From: Bacteroidaceae bacterium
Lineage (GTDB): Bacteria; Actinomycetota; Coriobacteriia; Coriobacteriales; Atopobiaceae
Direction: 5' to 3'
NCBI GenBank assembly: GCA_963658035.1
Contig: CAVKOL010000002.1
Location: 1 to 48,367, forward strand
DNA: 48,367 nt
In this document: one piece after another, positions 16,554 to 25,097 of the stretch
Position numbering within the stretch: the first letter of the stretch is position 1
Layout: every line of letters begins with the position of its first letter
Made by a program: the position numbers and the translations under genes
The notes under the pieces: model-generated
What the model was told of the DNA's origin: nothing
Seen by the model: only the letters and a program-made list of their open reading frames with translations
Database searches by the model: none

Positions 16554-18266
16554 CTACTCCGCAGTGTCGGTGAGGGCGAGAAGGTCCTCCTCGCCGGTGC
16601 GGACCTTGACGACCTTCTCGACGCCGTAGACAAAGATCTTGCCGTCGCCGATGTGGCCCGTGTACAGGACGCGCTTGATGACGTCAACGATCTGCTGGTA
16701 GGGGATGTTGCCCACCACGATCTCGACCTTGACCTTGGGAAGCAGGCGAGCGTCGACCTCGACGCCGCGGTACTTCTCGCCGGCGCCCTTTTGCAGGCCG
16801 TAGCCGGTGACCTGGGAGACGGTCATGCCGGTGATGCCGGCCTTGTTGAGGGCAACCTTGAGCTCATCGAGCTTGGAAGCCTTGCAGCACACGCTGATGT
16901 TGTGCATGCCGGTGGCAACGGGGGAGGCCACGACGGGCACGGCGGCGTTGACCTTGGCCTCGCTGGCCTTGTCGATGTCGTCCTCGCCCAGGTCGGTGCC
17001 CTCGTAGGGGTTCACCAGCTCGAGGTTGGCGTAGGTGGGGTCGCTAATGGCAAAGCCGGAGTAAGCGGTGGGCAGGCCGTGCTCGGCGAAGTCCAGGCCG
17101 TCGATCTCGATCTCCTCGGAGACGCGCAGGCCAACAAACTTGTCGATGACCTTGAAGACGATGAACATGGTCACCAGGACCCAAGCGGCGACGGAGACAA
17201 GACCCAGAGCCTGGATACCGAGCTTAGCCACGCCGCCGCCGTAGAACAGGCCGCCGTCGGTGGCAAAGAGGCCGACGCACAGGGTGCCAAAGGCACCGCA
17301 GGCACCGTGGACCGAGATGGCGCCAACGGGGTCGTCGATCTTGGCCACGTTGTCAAAGAACTCGACGGAGAGGATCACGAGGATGCCAGCGACAAGACCG
17401 GTGATGGCGGCGCCAAAGGGATCCATAACGTCGCAGCCGGCGGTGATGGCAACCAGGCCGGCGAGCGAGGCGTTGAAGGTGAGGGACACGTCGGGCTTGC
17501 CGTAGCGGCACCAAGTGAAGATCATGGCCGCGAGGGTCGCCATGGCGGCGGCAAGGTTGGTGTTGAAGACCACGAGACCGGCGTTGGTCATGACGTCGTC
17601 GCCGGTCATCGAGACGGTGGAGCCGCCGTTGAAGCCAAACCAGCAGAACCACAGGATAAAGACGCCCAGAGCCATGGCGGTCATGTTGTGGCCCAGAATG
17701 GCGCGGGGCTTGCCGTCCTTGCCGTACTTACCAATGCGGGGGCCGAGAAGAGCAGCGCCCAGGCAAGCGGTCACGCCGCCCACAAAGTGGACCGCGGTGG
17801 AGCCGGCGAAGTCGTGGAAGCCCAGCTCAGAGAGCCAGCCGCCGCCCCAGATCCAGTGACCAGAGATGGGGTAGACAACCAGAGAGATCATGGCCGAGTA
17901 CAGGACGTAGGCCTTGAAGTTGGTGCGCTCGGCCATGGAGCCAGAGACGATGGTTGCCGCGGTGGCGCAAAAGACGGTCTGGAAGATGGCGTAGACCCAG
18001 GTAGGCAAAGTGCCAAAGTCGTAGCTGCCCTGGATAAACGGGTCAAAGCTGCCAATGAGGGCACCGGTGCCGCCAAACATGATGCCAAAGCCAACGATCC
18101 AGTAGCACGGGGTGCCAATACAGAAGTCCATCAGGTTCTTCATCAAGATGTTGCCCGTGTTCTTGGCGCGGGTGAGGCCCGCCTCGCACAGGGCGAAGCC
18201 TGCCTGCATGAAGTACACCAAAAACGCTCCGACGAGCGTCCAGGTAACGTCAGCCGAACTGAACAT
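16554..18266 (-). CDS. amtB: Ammonium transporter AmtB fused to a C-terminal P-II (GlnK/GlnB) domain
   Basis: Amt motifs 'FMQAGF', 'DFAGSTAVH', 'WFGFNGGS', 'DDPVGAISVHG'; P-II motifs 'GMTVSQVTGYG...YRG', 'TGHIGDGKIFV', 'VRTGE'; AGGAGG RBS. Confidence 0.95.
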   Translation of the reverse strand: MFSSADVTWTLVGAFLVYFMQAGFALCEAGLTRAKNTGNILMKNLMDFCIGTPCYWIVGFGIMFGGTGALIGSFDPFIQGSYDFGTLPTWVYAIFQTVFCATAATIVSGSMAERTNFKAYVLYSAMISLVVYPISGHWIWGGGWLSELGFHDFAGSTAVHFVGGVTACLGAALLGPRIGKYGKDGKPRAILGHNMTAMALGVFILWFCWFGFNGGSTVSMTGDDVMTNAGLVVFNTNLAAAMATLAAMIFTWCRYGKPDVSLTFNASLAGLVAITAGCDVMDPFGAAITGLVAGILVILSVEFFDNVAKIDDPVGAISVHGACGAFGTLCVGLFATDGGLFYGGGVAKLGIQALGLVSVAAWVLVTMFIVFKVIDKFVGLRVSEEIEIDGLDFAEHGLPTAYSGFAISDPTYANLELVNPYEGTDLGEDDIDKASEAKVNAAVPVVASPVATGMHNISVCCKASKLDELKVALNKAGITGMTVSQVTGYGLQKGAGEKYRGVEVDARLLPKVKVEIVVGNIPYQQIVDVIKRVLYTGHIGDGKIFVYGVEKVVKVRTGEEDLLALTDTAE

Positions 18267-18542
18267 ATCTACCTCCTTTTTGCTTCCTTCCTTGTTGGCG
18301 AGAAGCCCTGCGCGCACGTTTACCGGGAAAAATGGTGCGTTTACCCGGCAGGTTGGCTCGCTCGCCAAAATTAAGTTGACAGATAAGTGATTCGTCTGGT
18401 CGCGCTGAAACAGTTCGTTACCGGGAGAAAACAACTTGTGAGAAGCACGAAACGCGTTGTTCTTTTACGGGCGTTTTGGGGCGAAGCGGCCTCAACTAGC
18501 GCTATAAGGGAGAAGGAAATCCCAGGTTTGGAGGTTGTTGGA

Positions 18543-19943
18543 ATGGAAACTAGCGAGAAGAACGGGGCCGGCGCGGCCGAGGCGCCCCTCTCCCCCATCG
18601 TCGCGGTGCCGGCTGTGGCAAAGCGCTGCCAGCGCAAGAAGGGCCTCGAGCGCATCACGCACAACGGAACGATCGCCGCCGCCGTTATGGTGGCCGCTGC
18701 CGTGGCCGCCGTCATCGTGGCAAACACCGATGCGTACTACCCCGTGCTCGAGCTTCTCGAGCAGCCCCTGGCCATCACGCTGGGGCCCTTTGTGGCAAGC
18801 ATCACCTTGGAGGCCTTTATCAACGACTTCCTGATGGCAATCTTCTTCTTGTCTGTGGGCATCGAGCTTAAGTACGAGCTCACGGCCGGCGTCTTGACCA
18901 ACCCGCGCCAGGCCATGATGCCGATCCTGGCCGCGTGCGGCGGCGTGGCGGCGCCCGCGATCATCTACACCCTGCTTAACTGGGGCGGAGCGACCAACGG
19001 CTGGGCCGTCCCCATCGCGACCGACATCGCCTTTGCCCTGGGCATCATGTCCCTTGCGGGCGACAAGGTGGCGCCCGCGGCCAAGGTGTTCTTCTCGACG
19101 CTGGCCATTGCCGACGACCTTTTGGGCATCATCGTGATCGCGCTGTTCTACGGGCAGTCGCCCTCGGTGCCGTGGCTGATTGCCTCGGCCGCGGTGTGCG
19201 TAGGCCTGTGGGCGCTCAACAAGCTGCAGGTATATCACGCGCGCTGGTACATTGTGCTGGGACTGGTGCTGTGGGCCTGCATGCTGCAGTCCGGCGTCCA
19301 CGCCACGCTGGCGGGCGTTATTCTCGCCTTCTTCCTGCCGGTTAAGTCCGACATCAAACTTGAAAACGTCCAGGACTGGCTTGGGGCCCGCGGCGCCGAG
19401 CTTGACGACGCCTACGACCCCGAGATGCACGTTCTTGGCCAGCACGGCTTTACCGCCACGGCCAAGCGCGTCGAGAACATCATGCACCGCGTGACTCCGC
19501 CGCTGCAGCGCGTCGAGACCGCGATCGCCACGCCGGTGAACTTCATCATCTTGCCGCTGTTTGCCTTTGCCAACGCTCAGCTGCGCGTGGTTGGCGTCGA
19601 CCCGGCGAGCATCCTGGGCGACCCGGTGGCGCAGGGCGTCTTCTTTGGCTTGGTGCTTGGCAAGCCGCTGGGCATCGTCGCCGTCACAACGGTGCTGGTC
19701 AAGATTGGCTTCTCGCCGCTGCCCGAGGGCTCTACCTGGGGCCAGCTGGTCTGCGTGGGCGTGCTGGGCGGCGTGGGCTTCACGATGTGCATCCTGATTT
19801 CGGGCCTCTCGTTTGACTACGGCGCCGAGCAGCTGGCCGCCAAGTGCGCGATCCTTGTCGCCAGCGTTGCCGCCAGCCTGCTTGGCCTGGTCCTTCTCAA
19901 CGTCGCCCACGCCATCGAGGGCAAGGCGCACGCAAAGGCGTAG
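18543..19943 (+). CDS. nhaA: Na+/H+ antiporter NhaA
   Basis: 'INDFLMAIFF', 'GWAVPIATDIAF', 'LAIADDL', 'SGVHATLAG', 'PLFAFANA', 'GVGFTM'. Confidence 0.93.
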   Translation: METSEKNGAGAAEAPLSPIVAVPAVAKRCQRKKGLERITHNGTIAAAVMVAAAVAAVIVANTDAYYPVLELLEQPLAITLGPFVASITLEAFINDFLMAIFFLSVGIELKYELTAGVLTNPRQAMMPILAACGGVAAPAIIYTLLNWGGATNGWAVPIATDIAFALGIMSLAGDKVAPAAKVFFSTLAIADDLLGIIVIALFYGQSPSVPWLIASAAVCVGLWALNKLQVYHARWYIVLGLVLWACMLQSGVHATLAGVILAFFLPVKSDIKLENVQDWLGARGAELDDAYDPEMHVLGQHGFTATAKRVENIMHRVTPPLQRVETAIATPVNFIILPLFAFANAQLRVVGVDPASILGDPVAQGVFFGLVLGKPLGIVAVTTVLVKIGFSPLPEGSTWGQLVCVGVLGGVGFTMCILISGLSFDYGAEQLAAKCAILVASVAASLLGLVLLNVAHAIEGKAHAKA

Positions 19944-19974
19944 GCATAGGCTCGGCAGCCCTTCTCGCCGCCTC

Positions 19975-20113
19975 GCTACAAAATCGCGGCTCGGGCGCTG
20001 GAAATTTGCGCCCGAGCCGCGTTTTTGTAGCAAATGACCCCAAATTCAGCGCCCGAACGGCACTTTTGTAGCAAAAAGCCCTTCCCGCTGCGCCCGGTCG
20101 GCGATTTTGTAGC
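19975..20113. repeat. Array of 24-bp units: one inverted plus three direct copies at a 41-bp period
   Basis: GCGCCCG-N8-TTTTGTAGC at 20008, 20049 and 20090; inverted copy at 19975-19998. Confidence 0.8.
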
Positions 20114-20161
20114 GCCCAATGTCCAGACGCCGAGAACCCCCGCGCCGAGAAGCCCTTCTCG

Positions 20162-20803
20162 CTACTTCTTGGCCAGCTTGGCCTTGATCAGGCCCACGAT
20201 GGTGGGGATGACCGAGACCAGGACGATGCCAACGATCAGCAGCTCAAAGTGCTCCTGCACAAAGGGGATGCCGCCAAAGAAGTAGCCCAGCAGGGTAAAC
20301 AGGGTCGACCACGTGATGCCGCCCAGGACGTTGAACAGCACGAAGCTGTGCCACTTCATGCCGCCCATGCCCGCGATAAACGGGACAAACGTGCGAATGA
20401 ACGGGAAGAAGCGCCCCAGGAAAATGGCCAGGTGGCCCCACTTGTCCAGGAAATCCTCGGACTTCTTGATGCGCTCGGGCGTCATGGCCTTGACCTTGCC
20501 CGACGCAATGATCCGCTGCCCAAAGAAGTGGCCGATCATGAAGTTGCACTGGTCGCCCAAAATCGCGGCCACCCAGGCCACGGCGAGAAGCGCCACGATG
20601 TTAAAGCCGCCGCCCTGCGCAAAGAAACCCGAGGCAAACAGCAGCGAGTCGCCCGGCAAGAAGGGGAAGAACACGACGCCGGTCTCGATGAAGATGATGA
20701 GAAACACGCAGCCGTACGCCATCACGGGGCCGGCGGCGATCCAGCCGGCAATCGCGGTGCGCGGGTCTTTGAGCAGGGTAACGATGAAATCGATGAAGCC
20801 CAT
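20162..20803 (-). CDS. DedA family (VTT/SNARE_assoc) membrane protein
   Basis: 'IFIETG..FFPFLPGDSLLFASG', 'ILGDQCNF', 'GRFFPFIRTFVPFIAG'. Confidence 0.93.
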   Translation of the reverse strand: MGFIDFIVTLLKDPRTAIAGWIAAGPVMAYGCVFLIIFIETGVVFFPFLPGDSLLFASGFFAQGGGFNIVALLAVAWVAAILGDQCNFMIGHFFGQRIIASGKVKAMTPERIKKSEDFLDKWGHLAIFLGRFFPFIRTFVPFIAGMGGMKWHSFVLFNVLGGITWSTLFTLLGYFFGGIPFVQEHFELLIVGIVLVSVIPTIVGLIKAKLAKK

Positions 20804-20873
20804 GGGCATCCTTTCGCGGGGACGGCGAGAAGTGCTTTTTTGGACGCGCGTCAAAAAGCGTCCGTACACAACA

Positions 20874-20900
20874 CAACCCCACAGACGAGCTGCGGGGTTG
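20874..20900 (-). terminator. Hairpin downstream of SRP RNA
   Basis: CAACCCCGCAG...CTGTGGGGTTG on the minus strand immediately after the ffs 3' end; weak U-tract. Confidence 0.55.
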
Positions 20901-20905
20901 CAAAC

Positions 20906-21012
20906 AGTGCGTTGAATGGGAACGGGCGCCCGCCAGAGGCCCCTTATGGCTGCTACCTCCCGGTCCTGACCAGGTTCGAGGTGTGACGTCGCCCGAACCC
21001 ATTCAACGCACT
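20906..21012 (-). ncRNA. ffs: Signal recognition particle RNA (small, 4.5S type)
   Basis: Minus strand carries the helix-8 core GAACCTGGTCAGGACCGGGAGGTAGCAGCCATAAG inside a long closing stem (AGTGCGTTGAATGGG / CCCATTCAACGCACT); -10-like TACAGT at 21020-21025. Confidence 0.93.
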
Positions 21013-21453
21013 AGCCACTACTGTACCCAAAAATCGCGGCGGGCGCACCCGCGAGGCGCTCCTCTCCACAGGATGCCCCAAGGCTCGTGAAGGATTTATC
21101 CCCGCCGGTTTAGAATCCGTGCCGCCGGGAATCATGAAGTTGTGCAGAGACGAGCGCGCGGCTTTAAATCGCGAACCCGCGCACTCGCACTGTTTTGCTT
21201 AAATCAGCGGCAGCTGCCAAAGTGGGGGCTCCTCGGGTCTTTGACCTGCGGGGCCCTCGTCAATTAGCGAGAAGATCTTCTCGCCGCCGGCCGGAACGCC
21301 GCGCCCCGATGCGCTCGCCGCCGCGCCCGCCGGCCACCCAAAACCGACTTATGTCACATCACTGTAAGGGTCGGCCGCGCCGTCAGAAAACCCAGCTAGC
21401 TCGTGTACAATGCACTACGGTTAGTCGAACTTATCCGCAAGAGAAGGGTCCTC

Positions 21454-21480
21454 ATGAAACCTCGACCTGCCAGTCGATAA
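21454..21480 (+). promoter_or_regulatory. Candidate leader peptide uORF MKPRPASR in the Mg2+-transporter 5' UTR
   Basis: ATG AAA CCT CGA CCT GCC AGT CGA TAA after GAGAAGGG; TACAAT -10 at 21406-21411; hairpins downstream. Confidence 0.45.
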
Positions 21481-21567
21481 CCCTGCGGCGTGTCTCCATC
21501 GCGCCAAAGGGCGCACATCTGCAACGGCGTCGGCCCGCGTGGGCCGCGTATGGGCAAAGGAGCACGA

Positions 21568-23418
21568 ATGATTTACCTCTCCCAGCTTATGGGAAACCCT
21601 GTGTATGCCTCGGACGGCGAGAAGATCGGTACCGTCTCCGACCTGGGCATTGCCACCGGCGAAGTTTTTCCGCGCGTCACCAGCCTGGCCTTTCGTGGGC
21701 CCGGCCGCACGCCGTTGATGATCAGTTGGCGCAAGTACGTCGACACCTACGACGAGAAGGAAATCCACCTCAAGGTCACGGCCGTCGAGATTCGCTTCTC
21801 GTACCTGCAGCCCGACGAGGTTCTTCTCGCCCGCGACATCTTGAACAAGCAAATCGTTGATACTCGTGGCATGCGCGTCGTGCGCGTTAACGACCTCAAG
21901 CTGTCGGACACCAACTCCACCCAGCTGCGCCTGCTTGGCGCCGAGGTGGGCGCGCGCGGCATCCTGCGCTCGCTGTCCCCCGCCGTCGAGAAGATCGGCC
22001 TGCGCCTGGCCCGCACCTTTGGCAAGCCGCTGCCCGAGAAGATCATCGCGTGGAGCTACATGGACCTGGTCGAGCGCGACCTGTCCAACGTGAAGTTGAG
22101 CGTCTCGCACAAGACGCTGGACGACATGCACCCCGCCGACATCGCCGACATCATCGAGCGCCTGGACCCGCGTCTGCGCGGCCAAGTGTTTGCCCAGCTA
22201 GACGACGAGCAGCGCGCCGGTGCCATGGCCGAGTTCGACGACGACGCGATGGCCGCCGAGCTCATGGGCAATATGAACGAGCGCGACGCCGCCAGCATGC
22301 TGTCCGAGATGGACCCCGACGACGCCGCCGAGCTGGTGAGCGAGCTTGACTACGACAAGGCCGAGAAGCTCCTGCGCCTGATGGGCGTGCAGGAGCAGCG
22401 CGCCATTCGCCAGCTGCTGGGCTACCGCGAGGACACGGCCGGCCGCATCATGACCTCGGAGTTTGCCGCGCTGGACGAGGAGTCCACCGTGGGCGACGCC
22501 GTTGAGCTGCTGCGCGGCCTGGACGACGACTTCGAGAGCGTGCGCTACGTCTACCTCACCGACGAGGACAACAAGCTGAGCGGCGTCGTGACCTTGAACT
22601 CGATCATTGTGTCCGACCCGGCGACCGTGCTTAAGGACATCTGCACCGACGAGGTCATCACCGCCAGCCCCGAGGACGACCAGGAGGACGTGGCCGAGAA
22701 CATCGCCAAGTACAACCTGCTGGCCATGCCCGTTGTGGCAGACGACGGCCACATGCTGGGCATCGTTACCGTCGACGACGCGCTGGACGTCCTGGAAGAA
22801 GAGCACGCCGAGGACCTGCAGATCGCCGGCGGCCCCACGGCTGACGACGAGAACGCCCACGGCGGCGACCTGGTGTGGCTGCTGCGCCGCAACGCGTGGT
22901 TCTTGCTGTGGGTCATTGGCGTGGTGGTCCTGGCGGCCGCGGCACCCATGGTCGCGGCGGGGGCGGACTCGGTGCTGTTGCTGCTGTGCGGCGCGGCGCT
23001 GCCGGCGGCGCTGGTCATGGCCGACGACTCCATGAGTTACGTCACCAACTTCTTCCTGCAAAACGACCCCGATGACGACGACTCCCCCTCTATGCTGGGC
23101 TTCACCGTGAAGAGCCTGGGCCTGGGCGTGGTTGTTGCGGGCATCATTGTTTTAACTTCCATGGCTTTGAAGAGCCTGCGCGTGGCCGAGCCTTTGCCCT
23201 CCGTGCTGCCCGGCCTTGCGCTTGGTTTGGCCGCGGCGGCCTGCTCGGTGTTTGTCTCGTTCCTGCTTTGCCCGATCTACCTGCTGGTTCTTCGCAGGCG
23301 CGACGAGAAGAACCTGGACACGTCGGGTTTCTCGCTGTCTGTGACCACGATGGTTGTGGCGCTGGCGGTGTTCCTTGGCGCTGCTGCCCTGCTGGCCCCG
23401 GTTTTCTTGGGGGCATAG
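21568..23418 (+). CDS. mgtE: MgtE-like protein (two PRC-barrels, MgtE_N, CBS pair, divergent TM domain)
   Basis: 'HPADIADIIE', 'EMDPDDAAE', 'YREDTAGRIMT', 'KYNLLAMPVV...LGIVTVDD'; AAGGAG RBS. Confidence 0.85.
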   Translation: MIYLSQLMGNPVYASDGEKIGTVSDLGIATGEVFPRVTSLAFRGPGRTPLMISWRKYVDTYDEKEIHLKVTAVEIRFSYLQPDEVLLARDILNKQIVDTRGMRVVRVNDLKLSDTNSTQLRLLGAEVGARGILRSLSPAVEKIGLRLARTFGKPLPEKIIAWSYMDLVERDLSNVKLSVSHKTLDDMHPADIADIIERLDPRLRGQVFAQLDDEQRAGAMAEFDDDAMAAELMGNMNERDAASMLSEMDPDDAAELVSELDYDKAEKLLRLMGVQEQRAIRQLLGYREDTAGRIMTSEFAALDEESTVGDAVELLRGLDDDFESVRYVYLTDEDNKLSGVVTLNSIIVSDPATVLKDICTDEVITASPEDDQEDVAENIAKYNLLAMPVVADDGHMLGIVTVDDALDVLEEEHAEDLQIAGGPTADDENAHGGDLVWLLRRNAWFLLWVIGVVVLAAAAPMVAAGADSVLLLLCGAALPAALVMADDSMSYVTNFFLQNDPDDDDSPSMLGFTVKSLGLGVVVAGIIVLTSMALKSLRVAEPLPSVLPGLALGLAAAACSVFVSFLLCPIYLLVLRRRDEKNLDTSGFSLSVTTMVVALAVFLGAAALLAPVFLGA

Positions 23419-23419
23419 C

Positions 23420-24763
23420 GTGGCAAGCGAAGAGAAGATGCAGGTAGCAGGGGGCGAGAAGGGCGCGGGTGCGGGCCGCGGCGGAGCGGTGAAGCCCGGC
23501 GGGGCTGCGACCCGCGGTGCGGCGGCCAAGCCCGAGCGCCGCAAGCTCGACCCCAAGCGCGTGCTGGCCGCAATGGGCCCCGGCATGGTGGCGGCTTTGG
23601 CCGGCGCCGACGCGGGCGGCGTGGCCACGTACTCCAGCGCGGGCGCCTACTTTGGCTTTGGCCAGCTGTGGACTGTGCCGGTCATGTGCCTGCTGCTAAT
23701 TGTGGCGCAAGAAACCGCAGCTAGAATGGGGTGCGTCACCGGCAAGGGCTTTGCGTCTCTTATCCGCGAGCAGTTTGGCGTGCGTCTCTCGGCCCTGGCA
23801 ATGCTTGCACTTTTGATATCCAACACCACGGTCACGCTTTCTGAGTTCGCGGGCATCGCCTCGGGACTGGCTCTGTTTGGCGTCCCCGCCATCGTGAGCG
23901 TACCCACCGCGGCGCTGGCCATCTGGCTTCTCACCATGAGCGGCTCGTACCACCGCATCGAGAAGGTCCTGCTGGCCATTAGCTGCGTTTTTGTCACCTA
24001 CGTGGTGGCCGGCATCATGGTGGGGCCCGATTGGGGCGACGCCCTTAACGCCACGCTGATCCCGCGCTTCTCGACCGACCCCACGTACTTTAGCGTGCTG
24101 GTGGCAAACATCGGCACCACCATCGCGCCGTGGATGATTTTCCTGGCGCAAAGCAACGTCGTTGAGAAGAACGCGCACGCCGAGGACCTCCCCTACCAGC
24201 GCATCGACACCGTGACCGGCTCGATTGTGGCCAGCATCATCAGCTGGTTCATCATCTTGACGACCGGAGCCGTGCTGTTCCCCGCGGGCATCGCGGTATC
24301 TAGCGCCGAGGACGCCGCGACCGCGCTGGCGCCGCTGGTGGGCGACTACGCGCAGCTGCTCTTTGGCGCGGGCCTGGTAGGAGCCTCGTTTTTGGCCGCG
24401 TGCGTGCTGCCCGGCATCACGTCGAGCGCCATCTGCGAGGCCTTTGGCTGGGAGCGCGGCAGCGACCGCAACTGGCAGGAGGCCCCGGTTTACCGCGGAA
24501 TCATCACGGCCGTCATTATCTTCTCGGCCGTTGTGGTGGTCATCCCCAACGTCGACCTCTTTGACATCATGATGTTGGCCCAGGTCATCAACGGTGTTTT
24601 GCTGCCGGTGCTGCTGGTCTTCATGGTGCTGATCGCCAGCGATCGCCACGTGCTGGGCAAGCACGCCAACTCCAAGGCCTGGAACGCCCTCACGTGGTTC
24701 ACGATCATCGCCGTCGTGATTTTGACGATCATCATGTTCGTCCTGCAGGCGCTGGGGGTCTAA
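23420..24763 (+). CDS. NRAMP-related divalent cation transporter (NrmT/NRMT Mg2+-type)
   Basis: SLC11 fold motifs; TM1 'GADAGG' in place of DPGN and TM6 'GTTIAPWM' in place of GAxxMPHN; starts 1 nt after the mgtE-like stop (alternative ATG at 23438). Confidence 0.88.
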   Translation: MASEEKMQVAGGEKGAGAGRGGAVKPGGAATRGAAAKPERRKLDPKRVLAAMGPGMVAALAGADAGGVATYSSAGAYFGFGQLWTVPVMCLLLIVAQETAARMGCVTGKGFASLIREQFGVRLSALAMLALLISNTTVTLSEFAGIASGLALFGVPAIVSVPTAALAIWLLTMSGSYHRIEKVLLAISCVFVTYVVAGIMVGPDWGDALNATLIPRFSTDPTYFSVLVANIGTTIAPWMIFLAQSNVVEKNAHAEDLPYQRIDTVTGSIVASIISWFIILTTGAVLFPAGIAVSSAEDAATALAPLVGDYAQLLFGAGLVGASFLAACVLPGITSSAICEAFGWERGSDRNWQEAPVYRGIITAVIIFSAVVVVIPNVDLFDIMMLAQVINGVLLPVLLVFMVLIASDRHVLGKHANSKAWNALTWFTIIAVVILTIIMFVLQALGV

Positions 24764-24813
24764 CAAGGGGCGCTGAGGGGTCTGCCGAGGGGTCGCCGGC
24801 CGACCGCCAAAAC

Positions 24814-24956
24814 CAAAAACGCGACAAGTCTGCCAACGAAATTGAAATTGCCGAGTATCACCAAAACCCGCAAGCTTCTGACCTGCGGGTTTTGTTTTGC
24901 CATTAGGCGCGATACTCGTTCAAACCGATTTCGTTGGCTTACTTGTCGCGTTTTTG
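24814..24956. repeat. 143-bp imperfect palindrome with an internal hairpin
   Basis: CAAAAACGCGACAAGT..GCCAACGAAAT...CGAGTATC pairs with GATACTCG...ATTTCGTTGGC..ACTTGTCGCGTTTTTG; inner AAAACCCGCA...TGCGGGTTTT. Confidence 0.85.
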
Positions 24957-25031
24957 AATTTCGCAAGGCAACCCGCCACACGCAGTAGCGCAGCAGGCGG
25001 GTCGCCGCCGGCTCGCCCCCCGGCAGGCCAC

Positions 25032-25070
25032 AAAAAACGGGCGGGCACCGGATTTTGGTGCCCGCCCGTT
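25032..25070 (-). terminator. Terminator of the giant adhesin operon
   Basis: AACGGGCGGGCACC / GGTGCCCGCCCGTT stem with a minus-strand U-tract. Confidence 0.85.
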
Positions 25071-25097
25071 GGGGGGGTCTAGCTGGCGAAAAGGCCT

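Noticed and set aside
18267..18542. GlnR/TnrA box upstream of amtB
   Set aside because: No convincing TGTNA-N7-TNACA palindrome or clear actinobacterial GlnR repeat seen
19975..20113. CRISPR array interpretation of the 41-bp periodic repeats
   Set aside because: Only three degenerate units, 17-nt spacers, one inverted unit, no leader and no cas genes in the window
21013..21200. Alu domain of a large Bacillus-type SRP RNA
   Set aside because: A -10-like element lies just upstream of the closing stem and no Alu-like sequence was recognised, so the small form was called
21300..21567. M-box (ykoK) riboswitch upstream of the mgtE-like gene
   Set aside because: Conserved elements such as AGGUGAGGCUCC and AAAGCUC were not found by eye; an Rfam scan would settle it
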